A stretch of DNA of 63,966 nucleotides, counting the filler, from Craspedostauros australis (taxonomy: Eukaryota): assembly GCA_030167865.1 (NCBI GenBank). It is 13 parts of 13 records of this genome, joined end to end, with 100 filler letters (N's around TTAATTAATTAA, not from the genome) between each part and the next. Parts side by side here need not be neighbours in the genome. Positions count along the whole stretch, not along the records: positions 22,023 to 37,735 come from JALAGF010000691.1; positions 37,836 to 40,090 come from JALAGF010000696.1; positions 40,191 to 42,339 come from JALAGF010000698.1; positions 42,440 to 44,314 come from JALAGF010000699.1; positions 44,415 to 47,765 come from JALAGF010000700.1; 8 more parts are not named here. One strand, written 5' to 3'. Made by a program: the position numbers and the translations under genes. Numbering within the stretch: the stretch's first letter is position 1; the number at the start of each line of letters is the position of its first letter. This document shows, one piece after another, positions 34,088-47,400 of the stretch. Below the pieces are notes generated by a model that saw only the letters and a program-made list of their open reading frames with translations, was not told the origin of the DNA and made no database searches.

Positions 34088-35746
34088 GTTGCTGCTGCTG
34101 TTGTTGTTGTCCGTGCCTCCTTGTTGCAGTACTAGAGTGTGGTGTTATATGCTCTATGACGACTGATGCATACAAGAGCAATGGTGTGTGGAAGGGATGG
34201 CTGGTTGGGACTTTTGAAATTTATGAGATCAACGAAAGATGATCAAGTCGTGATTTTGGGAGTCGTTGATGTTCCTGTTGTTACTGCTGTTGCTACTGTT
34301 GTTGCTACTGATCTGCAGTCGAAGTGCGGACAGCGATGGAGGAAGTGGGCGAACACCAACGAAGATCGGTGCAGATGGAGATGAAGTCGAGAGGTCGAAA
34401 CGTGCGAATGGAACCTCGGAACGCTGTGGATGCTGCTGGATCCCTTGATCCGGTGTCTCCTTCAGTTGATGGATGGGGCGCGTGTTCGTGATCGTACGCG
34501 TGCTATGGTGGATCGTCCAATTAAAGGTCGTATGGAAGATCGTACGTGAGCAAGAGTGTCGACAATCACTCGTTGTTGATGGATTGCGAGGGCGTGTTCG
34601 AGTGTGATGGGACGATGGGGCTTGTCGCGGTGGACCCGAATGGCTTCAACTGCTTGGAAATGGTTTCAAGTGCCTCTCTTCGAAGAGTCCGAGAGCAAAG
34701 CAAAAGTCAACTGAAGCGAAGCGATGGATGCGTTCGTTGTGAAAGAACTTCCTGGATGTTTTGTTTCCGAGCGCTAACAGTCGATGGTGCGGTGGCTGTT
34801 GCTGCGTCCTTGTTACACTGATGTCACTGATCGTGGTCTCTTTGCGCGCGTGAATGTGTGGGCCTCTCCTCGTTTCTACACGAACGACTGGTGCGCCTCC
34901 ACTCGCTTCGTTCTTTCTCTGCCTCTCTTTCTCTCTCTTTGGCGCTATTCCTGTCACCGCATCAGTCCTTCCCGCGTGTCGTCATCATCGCCCCTCTCTC
35001 CAAAGTTCCTTGCCTTGTCTTGGTGGGCAGGATAAATCTTGCCATCGTGTTTTTTGGGTGGGCGGTGGCGCCTTTGTTGGTTGCGGTCAAAGCAACGCAC
35101 ATACCAACAAAGAACAGTTTCGAAAGAAATCTTGTCGCGCCACTGGGGCCATTTGATCTTTGGGGTTCGCAGACATGGCAAAGCGCGAATTCCTGAACGT
35201 TCCCACAATTATTGATTCCTTCGATCACAATCGATGACTGGATTGACTTATTCTCCGTCCTTGACAACTTTGACTCAAAAAATGCCACCAAAATTCAAAC
35301 AAGATACTTTTCGGGCATCCGTCTCAACACGACAGCAGACAGCTGCGTGTCGCGTGGTCATCCGCGAAGGCGAAAAAGGCAGTCGGAGTCTGTTGTGTTT
35401 TGCGTGGTTGACAACCACACAAGACACAGAAGGGAGAGAAAATCGTGCCAACACATGCTCTCCGCACGAGTCTGAGCACGAGTAGGAGTACAAAGGTGGA
35501 GTGCCCAGGAGAGCGCAGAGCATCAGGGAAGGACATCAAGCAGAGACACAGGCAAACAAAAAAAGGCGGAGAGCAAAGCATACGAAACCAATTCAATTGC
35601 ACCATACTACCTATAACCCTTGGCAACTCTCCACGACTCTCCACAACTCTTGACAGGTTGACGATCTCTCCAACAGTCCAGTCCAATCGATAGACTCCGC
35701 ATCGCTTCCTTCCATTCTTCCATTCTTCCATCCTTCTCTCTGTCGG

Positions 35747-35787
35747 TGCTTGTTCCACCTTGCTTGTTCCACCTTGCTTGTTCCACT
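35747..35787 (+). repeat. 3 x 14-bp tandem repeat TGCTTGTTCCACCT in divergent intergenic region
   Basis: Copies at 35747, 35761 and 35775 (last one imperfect). Confidence 0.8.
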
Positions 35788-36123
35788 TGCTTGGTCCGCG
35801 GTGTCGCAGCGGAACCGTGGAAGGCTGTTCCTCGCGCCACTTCCATCTTCCTCTTGACATCCACAGCGACATCAGCATCAAAGACGAAGCTCAGAGTGGC
35901 ATCCTCTTGGCGCTGTTCCTTTTTTTGGTCATAGAATCCGCACGACTCACATGTCAAACATCACAAGCACCCAGAGAACATCGTGAAGCATCTGCACAGC
36001 ACACCTATTTGCATCATACCCGTGCCATACTCGTGCCATACTCATACGTGCTTGTGGGGCAGAATATACAGAGGCAAATACAGCTGCAAATACAGCTACA
36101 AATAGAAATAGAGATAGATTGCC

Positions 36124-37296
36124 ATGACGTCGATCGAACAGGAGAGGCTCGACAGTTCCGAGAGTCGCGGAGACGAACACAGCATGGAGAGTGGCAGAAG
36201 GAGGCGGAGTGCCACCAGGAATGATCGCAACGACACCAAGGCAAGGTCAACCAGCCGATCATCGCAAGGATGGAACCTCCCGTTCTTTTCCTGGAGCGAC
36301 AGAGGCAGCGTGGATAGAGATCACAGTGACAGCGAAAGTGACAGCGAAAGTGAAAACGACTACAGTAGTCACAGTGACTACAGCAGCGACCATAGCAATC
36401 AATCGGACCATAGCAGCCACTCGGACCACAGCAGCCACTCGGGCCACAGCAGCTACGAAGCAGACTACTACGACACGGATTGCGAGAGCGACGAAGAAGA
36501 ATGCAGAAAGCTGATCCCGCTCGAGGTGGAACCGGATACCGAGGAATCTGTCACCGATGACAGCGAGCACAGTCATGACACCAACCCGCCGCCTCCCAGA
36601 AAAGCACCGCCAAAACCCAGCTTCCTCAAAGCGCATCCATTCCTTTGCGCCATCATCATCACATCCTGCAATGCCTTTGCTGCGGACTTTGTGGCGCAGC
36701 GACTGTCTGCTGCGACGGCTGCGGCTGCCGCGGTGCATCATCACCATGCCCAGCAGCACGTCCTCCATCTTGACGATCCCATGTTCTCGGAGGGAATCGA
36801 TGACATGGAGGAATTCCATCCCGATCCCTTCGCCTGGAATATGGAACGCAGTCTGCTCTTCGCCTGCTTCGGCCTCGTCTTCCAAGGCTGCATCCAGTAC
36901 GTTATCGTCAACATGGTGTGGGAGAAGATCATCCCGGGCACATCAGCGTGGCCCGTCATCCAGAAGATCGTCGCCAACAACTGCATCAGCGACACGACCG
37001 TCTTCTTCCCCTGCTTCTACATCTTCCAGCAGATATTGTTGCACATGACCGCGTCTAAGCCCACCATGTCCTTCTTCGAGGCCCTGTCGACCATCCCATG
37101 GACCGAGCTCATCCCGCAGGCCTTGACGTCCTACTCCCTGCAGTACTGGAGGGATTGGAAGAATTCGTGGATGATCTGGTTTCCGGGACATGCCGTCACA
37201 TACGGAGTGCTGCAGCCGCATCAAAGGATACCCTGGATCGCCACGCTATCCTTCGTCTACATGTGCATGCTATCGTGGACGCGAGGCAGCGGGTGA
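36124..37296 (+). CDS. Mpv17/PMP22-family membrane protein with Ser/Asp/His-rich N-terminal extension
   Basis: FLKAHPFL..ADFVAQR, WNMERSLLFACFG, KIVANN..FFPCFY, SWMIWFPGHAVTYGVLQPHQRIPWIATLSFVYMCMLS match Mpv17/PMP22 motifs. Confidence 0.88.
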   Translation: MTSIEQERLDSSESRGDEHSMESGRRRRSATRNDRNDTKARSTSRSSQGWNLPFFSWSDRGSVDRDHSDSESDSESENDYSSHSDYSSDHSNQSDHSSHSDHSSHSGHSSYEADYYDTDCESDEEECRKLIPLEVEPDTEESVTDDSEHSHDTNPPPPRKAPPKPSFLKAHPFLCAIIITSCNAFAADFVAQRLSAATAAAAAVHHHHAQQHVLHLDDPMFSEGIDDMEEFHPDPFAWNMERSLLFACFGLVFQGCIQYVIVNMVWEKIIPGTSAWPVIQKIVANNCISDTTVFFPCFYIFQQILLHMTASKPTMSFFEALSTIPWTELIPQALTSYSLQYWRDWKNSWMIWFPGHAVTYGVLQPHQRIPWIATLSFVYMCMLSWTRGSG

Positions 37297-37835
37297 TCGC
37301 GCGCAATGCAACGGCTAAGCAAGGCAAGTAGTATCTGCTCTAACATTACACGCTATACTATTATATAACATGTATCACCAACTATCACGCAGCATCGATC
37401 GTCTCTGAATTGAATTTCGTGCAAATGCACTTGGCCATTTCCAAATCCAACCGTCATGACTCCTCTCGAAGCCGCGAGCACACAAGGACCGACCGAGTAT
37501 AGTCCTCCAATGCTTTGTGACGGCTATTGGGTGTCTACCCCATTATGATAGTCGCGGCGGTCCTCGCTGTTGCTGTTGCGAGATGCATCGCTATTCGTCC
37601 CCTTCATCATGCGACTTGACTCTCGTGAGTGAATCATGGAGTTGATTGGACGTTCCATGTGAATGGATTGTGATGTTGGACGCGGTGCTCCATCCCAGAA
37701 TGGCTCATGTGTGGACCAGCAAGTCCGCCCCCCCCNNNNNNNNNNNNNNNNNNNNNNNNNNNNNNNNNNNNNNNNNNNNTTAATTAATTAANNNNNNNNN
37801 NNNNNNNNNNNNNNNNNNNNNNNNNNNNNNNNNNN

Positions 37836-39715
37836 CACGTACCATAATGCATCCTCATGCGACATCGCGCATCAGTTGGGAGCCCCATGGTGATCAACGA
37901 TATCAAGGGCTTTAGAACTGGATGGTTGAAGCAGCAGTGGAAACTTGCGATGCGGAGCGGAACTGCATTTGCCACAGCACAAGTACTCCACCAAACATTG
38001 CGTTCGTCGGCGTCCAGGGATGGCACGAAATCGATACCATAGCCAACGAACACAATGCCATTCTTCTGAGTTTCTTCGTCCTCGGTAAGTGCCATCGAGA
38101 AGTACCAAGTCAATCGAGCCTATTCAAGGCACGAGGAGAGTGCGCCGCGAGGCGAAGCAAGTAAAGTCGGATGGCATTTCGCATGGCATGCAAGGTTGAT
38201 CCCAAGCCAGAGATATGGAACAGCAATCGAAGACACAACACCAATGAAACCGAAGACGAATGTGTTTGGACCAATGGCAAAAAAGCGGTGAGTACAAGGC
38301 ATTTGTGCATCCAGCTGTCCATCCAGACGCTTTGCCAGGGACAATTGCTCCCCAATCAATCAAGCAACCAATCAAGCAACCAATCAAGCAACCAATCAAC
38401 CAAGCAAGCAAGCAAGCAACCAACCAAGCAACCATTCTAAAAATGATAGGATGCATGATACTTCTTGCAACGATGCAACATGACGACAGATGCACGGATC
38501 ACTNACCATGAATATATGTGGCTTCTTGGTTCGGAAGAAGCGTCGGTGATACCTCTCCCACGAGAAGACGACGGCGCGGCCCGACGAGTCGCGTTGGGGG
38601 AGGAGCTGCATGCCAGCACAGCCACACAGCACCTCTCTCGTCTCCTCATCCATATCTTCGAGCATGGAGATATCCTTGGTGAGCTTCTCTTCGCCCCACA
38701 GCTCCAGTTTGGTGGCAAAATGCCGTACGATGCGCTTGGCTGCCTGTTGCGGCCGATACGATTCACATCGCAGAAATTTCAGGTACATGCTTTTGACATA
38801 CGCGTAGTTTTTGGAGCAGGCCTGATCGAATGCGGCTCTGCCATTCGCGCCCTTCTGAGATGATGGCAGGGATTCAGATGTTGCGTGACGGTCGTGCATC
38901 AAGCAATGCTCCATTTCTGCAAGCTTGGTGGAAAGGAATTCTTCCGTTTCCTCTGCCATAGGAGAAACCCCATGGATGTCCTCGTAGGCTTTCTCGCGTT
39001 CGACTATCGACATGGCGTGCATCTCATCAGCCAGTAGCTTGTCGATCTTCGACTCCTTCAGCTGCGTGTAGTCCGGCGCCATCGAATGGGCCGCTTCGAC
39101 CAGATCGGCTACCATCGTTTCATTTTCAGAGCCGTCAAGGTGCTGCGCATCGTGTTTGCTCGTGGTGGCCGTCGCTTGGTCGAGCAGTGTTCGGTCCGTA
39201 GCTTGACAAGATTTGCGGTGAGTTGGTTTGTGATGGAACGTGTGCTCCTTTTCTTGTATGCCGAAGCCATCATCCTGCTGCCAGTCATGCCGCTGTTGCG
39301 TCCCTAGCTTGTGCTGCGATGTAGCGGGAAATTGCAATGGATTGAGGATGGCATCGATCGGAGTCGACGAGAGTCCCGGCGCTTCATGCGGGTTAAGTCG
39401 TAGCATAGCCTTTTCCATGTTCACATTCATTGGTGAGCTCGGGCTATCGTTTGTCTGCGTGGTGCCGTCTGCGTTCATATTGCCGAATAGACCTATGGTG
39501 TCATCAAAGCTATCATTCACATTTCTGTTTGCATCGTCGTAGATATCAGGGATGTGCTGATTCATGATGTGCTCATTCATCATGTCGCGATCCATAGCGA
39601 ATCGTTGCCGAACTTGTTGCTGCAAGGGAGACGATGTTGTTTGTGTTGTTGGTTGAAAGCTGCGGGTACCAGCACCTGGCTTGCTGCCTTGCAAGATCTC
39701 GTCCGATCGAGCCAC
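37836..39715 (-). CDS. Diatom CRAL-TRIO-like protein, 3' truncated; exons 39715-38507 and 38119-(37836); start codon uncertain
   Basis: EREKAYEDIHG, LKFLRCESYRPQQAAKRIVRHF, QLLPQRDSSGRAVV, EETQKNGIVFV, PLRIASFHCC, RMRMHYG. Intron 38506-38120 (GTnAG...AATAG) is in frame. Confidence 0.8.
38352..38433. repeat. Intronic compound (CAAT/CAAG/CAAC)n tetranucleotide repeat
   Basis: caatcaagcaaccaatcaagcaac... direct reading. Confidence 0.8.
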
Positions 39716-42439
39716 GGTTCAACTCTCACGCACGCTTCCCTGATTGGTCGTCTGGGGCCGTTTCGGATGCAGGGAGAGTCGAGTCGAGTCGAGTAGCGTG
39801 GTTTGTGCACTTTAGAGATGATTGCTACACGCTCATTCCCACTGTTTCCGCTGTCCCACTCTCGATCGAAAGCAGAGCTTCTCTATATGTGTTCTATGCT
39901 GTGTTGTGTTACGTTGCGTTGTGCTGTTCTGCGACCTGCGATCACTTGCGACTACTTGTTCACTTCTGCCTATCTGATGAGTTGCTCGTTGGGTTCGCCG
40001 GCTTCGTTGCCTCCTCGCTTGATGGCTCGGCTACCAACACAATGGTACTTCAGCTGCTCGTTGCTGGTTGGGGTGCCGTTATGTTTGTGTNNNNNNNNNN
40101 NNNNNNNNNNNNNNNNNNNNNNNNNNNNNNNNNNTTAATTAATTAANNNNNNNNNNNNNNNNNNNNNNNNNNNNNNNNNNNNNNNNNNNNCGCGAACATT
40201 TGGGGAGAGCTCCCCACTAGTTGTCACCACGACAGGTTCCAGGGGTGGCTTCATTTTACATGCGATATCTCCCTGTTGTTGGTGATTTGGTTCTGTTGTG
40301 TGCTTCCTCGTTTGTGTGTGTTGTGTCAAACAGCACAGCGTTGGTGGTAGCGTCCCTGCACGTCCATGTTCACAGCAACAGCAACACTTGCGAATACCAC
40401 ACAGCACAGTATTATATAATGTAATGGATCACAGTGGCTTATCCTGTGGTATGCAAAATATTGTATAATATTCTACTATTTANTGTTAAGCTTAGTTTGT
40501 AAATACAAAGTCCTGCGCAACCTGCATCTCTCCCCTTGCTGAGCTGATGGCACGACGCGGAAAGAGACTGGTGGCGGCAGTGTTGTTTCTTTTGTTGTGT
40601 TTCAGTGCTTGTCGGTTGATTTTGACCTTTCCTGTTGTGGCAGCCATCATTGTGCAAATAGCAACACGATTTGGGCTGGAAGAAGGTACCAAATTACCAC
40701 ATTTTTTCCAATTCCATGGTTCCGTTTGCATGATCTGGCGTTAGAGCACGTTTTGGTGCTTCTGATCCTGGTGGTGGGACAGACGTTGAATTTGTCATTT
40801 TTAGGGATCGAGCAGAGACAAACAACACGAGAATGGGCTCTACTGTCAAACCATTCTGCTGAGAATTGGACATCCAGTGTTGGTGCAGATCAGCCAAAGA
40901 GTGTTTCGTACCTGGTTTTGCAGGGGAAGCCAAGTCAAGGGCGGACTGCTACTAGCCGCGACAAGTTTTTTGGCTGCTGCGGTCACATCGGATGATCCGT
41001 TCAACGTTTTGCATCTGGTGATCTGTGGGAGTGACAGTTTTTCTCGACTGTTGCCATCCTTGCCTTCGACATGGAATACAGTCTATTCCAGAATTTTCAC
41101 ATGGGCTGGCCTATCCACCCACCAACTTTTCCATGCACCCATGGAAGTATTCAACTTGGCATGCACTGCCAACGTATTGCAATGTTGGTGCTGAGCATGG
41201 TATACTCTGGGAAAAGATCCATCCACAGACGCACCTCACATCAATTCTGCTCTCCCATACATGTACAGACCCATCATACTTCTACCAGGCCAGGTCCATG
41301 CTTTTCACAGCATCCCGTGTGGGCTTGCACGATACACGAATAGTTGGTGTTGTCCATCCATCCATCCATCCATCCAACCATCCAACCATCAGCAGGCAAG
41401 CAGGTGGCCACAAGAGACAACATGGCCATCATGACGACTGCATCCAAAGCTTCCAGCCACCAACATCCTTGGAACATGCACAGACATCAGAACAGTGGAG
41501 GTTGCTGGAGAAGAACCAATAGGATTGAGTAGCAGCAGTAGCAGCATCATCTNNNNNNNNNNNNNNNNNNNNNNNNNNNNNNNNNNNNNNNCATGCGCCC
41601 TTTTGTGCAGTCTGTACAAAACTGGAGAGAGTTGCTGGCTATTGTGCCATTGGTGTCAACAGAAGACAGGTTCCAGCATAAAGTGTGTGCCTTCGTTGGT
41701 ACAAATCCTGATATCTTTGGCTGCACCAGGATCCTCGATTACATCAGGATCAGCAGTACCAATTCGATCCGCAACAGAGGGCGTGACAACTCCAGCAGCA
41801 GTGGAACGGGAACAAGAAGAGGAGGCAGGAGGCGTTGTGCAAGGTTCCTTGCAGCCACACCTCCTCATTCTGCCACCATTATTGCAGCAGTGGCCAGTGG
41901 CCATGCACAATATACGCTCAGGACACCAGATGTCAAAACAAGGTATAATACTCCTGCAACTGGTGATATCATNGTGATTCCAACAACCACAAGGAAGGAG
42001 TGCCAATCNAAACGGCTTTGAACNGGCTTGCAACACCAAGTTGGCNGGATTTGAGCGAACTGGGTCCCAGCCTCCACAGCCAACATGGNTGTGACCTTGT
42101 GACCATGGCAAGAGCTCACTGCCAATTGGATTCTCCCCCATGTACGACCTTTGAAATTGGTCCATGGGCAATCCGAATGTTGGCACTGTCCGCGATGTTC
42201 ATTGGCATATGTCGGTAGAATTTTCCACAAGGTTGCGCGGGGAACGAATGCAGATGCCTATCATTGCCAAGGAGGCGGTTTCCTTGAACAGCAACTTGTG
42301 CAACGACTTTCCGTCCCAGGTGCATGATGATAAACTATCNNNNNNNNNNNNNNNNNNNNNNNNNNNNNNNNNNNNNNNNNNNNTTAATTAATTAANNNNN
42401 NNNNNNNNNNNNNNNNNNNNNNNNNNNNNNNNNNNNNNN

Positions 42440-44314
42440 CACGAAGCTCCGCTGTCGGCGAGCCAGGTGTCCTTGTTGACCTTGTCCTTGTATCTGGTGC
42501 TCAGCTCGTGGAGCTGCTCCACAGCTGCCGCAGCTATCTCGTCGTCGAAGCTGCCGTCGTCGTCGTCTTCGTGGACTCCATCTTTGTTGTATGGATGATG
42601 ATGATCTCCGTCATCCATGTCGTCGGGTAGTTGCGCGTAGTCCGATGGAATCGTACTGTTCCAATGCGATCCTGTGGCTGGATCATATGGGTTGACGCGT
42701 GGTCGTTCGCGTAAGAGTACGCGCATACATCCTCCAAGGATGTAATGAAGATCCGTCTCTGGGATCGTCTCTGTCTCAGCCGCTTCAAGTATGCGATTGA
42801 TGACGACGGAGTTGGCGAGAATCTCTTCGATTGATCTGAAGTTCTCGGATAGGATGGATCCCATCATGTTCACCCATATTGGTCTGAGCACTCCTTGTGC
42901 TACTCCTGGGAACAGCTTCACTCCTGCTTCCATCACAGCATCGAAGATGAGTTGCTTCTGGATTATCAATGCTGTTGCTGTTCCGTATGGAATGGTATCA
43001 TGACGATGGAGGTAGTTTGAGTCGTTGGGATTCCCAATCGGTGGGAAGTCGATGTCTCTTGGATAGACGACACGTTCGTTTGGATTGAAGCTGTCGTCCG
43101 GATGATTCTCCGTTTCGTCGCTGTCATCTTCGTCGAAGATGCCCGATCTGTTGTTCCCCGCCGCTGGAGGAGGCGGTGCTGCGCCGCCGTTCGTTTCGTC
43201 TTGGCCTCTATCATTGTCGTTGATCTCGTTGTCGGCCTCTTCACTCATGGCCTCTTCGATGTCGCTATCATTGGCCTCGTCGTTCATCTCAGCTTCGTCG
43301 CCGTATGAACCGATCAGGTCGTGCGCGTTGAAGCAGCATTCGTAGCTCACTTCGCGTCTTGGATCCACCTCGTGGATGATTGGCTCCTCGTTGAGCCACT
43401 CCGGGACGATCTCATCGTCCACCACTTCGTCGTCACTCCCGACGTACTCGAAGTTATCGAAGAAGGAGTCTTCGATGTAGTCGTCGGACACCAACATGCA
43501 GAGCGGCATGTCTTTTGCTGAGAGTACCATCTCGTGTCCGCTCTTGTCGTGTCCTTCCGTTGCCGTGTTGGCTTGTTCGTTGGCTTTCTTGTTCTCGTTG
43601 AACTTCTTCTTTCGGCACTCCGCCTCGCGGTGTCCGAAGATGCCGCAGTAGTTGCACTTGCCGTTGAAGCCGCTTCCCTTGTTGCGGTTGTTGTTACGCT
43701 TTCCATTCATCTTGTTGTTGTTGTTTTTCTTGTTGTTCAATTTCTTGCGTTCTGGGCAATCGGTGGATCTATGGCCATACACGCCACAGTTGTGACAAGT
43801 ACCCTTGAAGTTACCGGTGCTCGTGAAGCCGGTGTCGTTGCTTTTCATGTTACTGTCTTGGAAGTCGTCGATGTACGCCTTACCTCCTTGATGAGTGGCG
43901 TATGCTGTGCGGAGTACTCCTCTGATTGTGTTGATAGTGACCAGTTCCGGATTGAACGTGAGTTGGTGATGGAAGTTCACGATGTGGGTTCTGTATTCCA
44001 CGCTCACCGTGCTGAGGATCTGCATGATCATTTCCTCGTCCGTGATCTCGTACTTGACATCGTGGAGACGCGATCGTAAACCTTCGAGTCGCGTGATGTA
44101 GATGTCGGGGTCCAAGTCTTTCTTCATCTTTTCGTTGTTGAATTGGCGCTTGAGTTTGATCTTCGTCACCGCGTCGGATGGTCGGAACTTCTCCGCGAGA
44201 ACGTTCCACGCTGCGTGTGCGTCTCCTTCGGGGTAGTCGTCGGAGATGCATTGGTTGATGTATTGGATGGCCTGCTTGCCTTTTCCTTTCTCTGCATCCA
44301 TCATGAGGATCAGA
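42440..44314 (-). mobile_element. Ty1/Copia (CoDi-like) retrotransposon fragment: gag with two CCHC knuckles and start of aspartic protease
   Basis: Gag UBN2-like AHAAWNVLAEKF..DPDIYITRLEGLR. CHNCGVYGHRSTDC and CNYCGIFGHREAEC. Protease TWLADSGAS at the contig end. ORF uninterrupted. Confidence 0.92.
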
Positions 44315-44414
44315 NNNNNNNNNNNNNNNNNNNNNNNNNNNNNNNNNNNNNNNNNNNNTTAATTAATTAANNNNNNNNNNNNNNNNNNNNNNNNNNNNNN
44401 NNNNNNNNNNNNNN

Positions 44415-47400
44415 AACGCAGTTGGTTGGTGCAGCACTGGCTGTTGGCTGGGATGTTGGCTGTGGAGTTGGTCCGCTGGTTGGTCCAGAAGTAGGTCCGG
44501 AAGTTGGTCCACTGGTAGGTCCGCTAGTTGGTCCCGAAGTTGGTCCGCTTGTTGGTCCAGAGGTTGGGCCAGATGTTGGTCCCGAGGTTGGCCCGGAAGT
44601 AGGTCCGCTAGTTGGGCCGCTGGTTGGTCCAGAAGTTGGTCCAGAGGTTGGCCGAGAGGTTGGTCCAGAAGTTGGGCCAGATGTTGGTCCCGAAGTTGGT
44701 CCAGAGGTTGGCCCGGATGTTGGTCCAGAGGTGGGGTCGGATGTTGGCCCACTGGATGGTCCGCTAGTTGGTCCAGATGTTGGTCCGCTAGTTGGTCCGC
44801 TAGTTGGTCCAGATGTTGGTCCGCTGGTTGGTCCAGAAGTTGGTCCGGAGGTTGGTCCACTGGTTGGGCCAGAGGTTGGGCCGGATGTTGGTCGGCTAGT
44901 TGGGCCGCTGGTTGGTCCTGAAGTTGGTCCGCTGGTAGGTCCGCTAGTTGGTCCGGAAGTTGGTCCGGAAGTTGGGCCCGAAGTAGGTCCGCTGGTTGGT
45001 TCGCTGGTTGGTCCGCTGGTAGGTCCAGATGTTGGGCCCGAAGTAGGTCCGCTTGTTGGTCCGGAAGTCGGCCCGCTAGTTGGTCCAGAGGTTGGGCCGC
45101 TGGTTGGTCCAGAAGTTGGTCCAGAGGTTGGCCGAGAGGTTGGTCCGCTAGTTGGGCCAGATGTTGGTCCCGAAGTTGGTCCAGAGGTTGGGCCGGATGT
45201 TGGTCCAGAAGTGGGGCCCGATGTTGGGCCGCTTGTTGGTCCGCTAGTTGGTCCGGAAGTTGGTCCGCTGGTTGGGCCGGAAGTTGGTCCAGAGGTTGGT
45301 CCAGATGTTGGGCCGCTGGTTGGACCGGAAGTTGGGCCGCTAGTTGGGCCGGAAGTAGGTCCCGAAGTTGGTCCTGAAGTTGGTCCCGAAGTAGGTCCAG
45401 ACGATGGCCCAGAAGTTGGTCCAGAGGTTGGTCCAGATGTAGGTCCCGATGTAGGTCCGCTAGTTGGTCCACTGGTTGGGCCGCTGGTTGGTCCGCTGGT
45501 TGGTTCCGAAGTAGGTCCAGAAGTTGGGCCGCTGGTTGGGCCGCTGGTTGGTCCAGAGGTTGGTCCGCTGGTTGGTCCAGAGGTTGGTCCGCTGGTTGGT
45601 CCAGAGGTTGGTCCGCTAGTTGGGCCGGAAGTTGGCCCGCTAGTTGGTCCGGATGTGGGCCCACTGGTAGGTCCAGATGTGGGTCCAGATGTTGGTCCGC
45701 TGGTTGGTCCAGATGTTGGTCCGCTGGTTGGACCGGATGTTGGTCCAGAGGTTGGTCCACTGGTTGGTCCAGACGTTGGCCCCGAAGTTGGCCCGCTGGT
45801 TGGTCCAGAAGTTGGTCCAGAAGTTGGGCCGCTAGTTGGGCCAAAAGTTGGTCCGCTGGTTGGCCCACTGGTTGGTCCAGATGTTGGTCCAGAGGTTGGT
45901 CCGCTTGTTGGTCCAAAAGTTGGTCCGCTGGTTGGTCCAGAAGTTGGTCCAGAAGTTGGTCCAGATGTTGGTCCAGATGTTGGTCCCGAAGTTGGTCCAG
46001 AGGTTGGTCCACTGGTTGGTCCAGAGGTTGGTCCAGATGTAGGTCCGCTGGTTGGGGCAGATGTGGGTGATGCGGTTGGCTCAATGCACTCAGTGTTGCA
46101 CGGCAGTTCGAAGTAGTACGCCTCGAAGTTGTCCGGGTTGCCGGATCCGGTCTCCCCATCGTCGGTTGGCAGACTGCATGCTTCGCAATCCTCGCCAGCG
46201 AAGTTATCGCCTGTGTAGATATAGATTGTGACCATGGTTGTTTGGTCGATGCACTCAGCAGCGTACGAGAACGTGGCGTCTTCGCCCGCATTCATGATCT
46301 CCGAACACTCATTGATTCCTGTCTCGGCATTACGGTATTTGATAAACACATGTGGAATGACCCCGTTGATGATATTCTGGACAAAGTCAAATTCAACGAG
46401 TGTGCCGTCGTCGCTCTCGAATGTCAGGACAATGGGCTTCGGGTCAGCAGTGTAGTCTGGGTCGGTTGATCCCTTCAACTTGGCACCATCGGGATCAACG
46501 CAGTTGGTCGGCGCGGCGCTGGTGGTTGGAGCAGAAGTAGGTGTGCTGGTTGGTGCGCTGGTTGGGCCGGAAGTCGGTCCCGAAGTTGGGCCGCTGGTTG
46601 GTCCGCTAGTTGGCCCAGAGGTTGGTCCTCCAGTTGGACCGCTCGTTGGGCCGCTTGTTGGGCCGCTCGTGGGTCCAGAGGTTGGGCCGGAAGTTGGTCC
46701 GGATGTTGGTCCAGAGGTGGGCCCACTGGTCGGGCCGGATGTTGGCGCAGATGTTGGTCCCCCAGTTGGGCCGCTGGTCGGCCCAGAAGTCGGTCCAGAG
46801 GTTGGTCCAGAGGTTGGGCCGCTAGTCGGTCCACTGGTGGGTCCGCTGGTTGGTCCAGAAGTGGGGCCCGATGTTGGTCCAGATGTTGGTCCAGATGTTG
46901 GGCCAGAGGTTGGGCCAGATGTTGGACCGGATGTTGGTCCGCCGGTAGGGCCGGGTGTTGGTGCAGATGTTGGTCCTCCAGTTGGTCCGCTGGTTGGTCC
47001 AGATGTTGGTCCAGAGGTCGGTCCAGATGTTGGTCCAGATGTTGGTCCGCTGGTTGGTCCAGAAGTGGGGCCCGATGTTGGTCCCGAGGTTGGACCGGAC
47101 GTTGGTCCTCCGGTCGGTCCAGATGTTGGTCCGGAGGTTGGCCCTGAGGTTGGTGCCAAAGTTGGCGCTGCGGTTGGATCGATACACTCGGTCTGACATG
47201 GAAGCTCAAAGTAGTATGCCTCGAAGTTGTCCGGATTTCCAGAGTCTCCTTCGCCATCCGGGATGCTGCAAGCTTCACACTCCTCACTTGGGAAGTTGTC
47301 TCCTGTGTAGATGTAGATGGCGACTCCAGTTACGCCAGAGAAACACTCAGCCGCGAGTGGGAAAGTGACACCAGCGCCGACGTTGTCGAACTGGGCGCAA

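Noticed and set aside
40191..42339. Possible degenerate retroelement or gene
   Set aside because: Many stops and Ns and no diagnostic motif I can support; left unannotated.
44363..47287. Long ORFs (GPEV/GPLV)n on the + strand and (DQPL)n in a shifted frame
   Set aside because: Antisense and frame shadows of the PTSG repeat; only the PTSG frame contains the Cys modules and shows third-position wobble.
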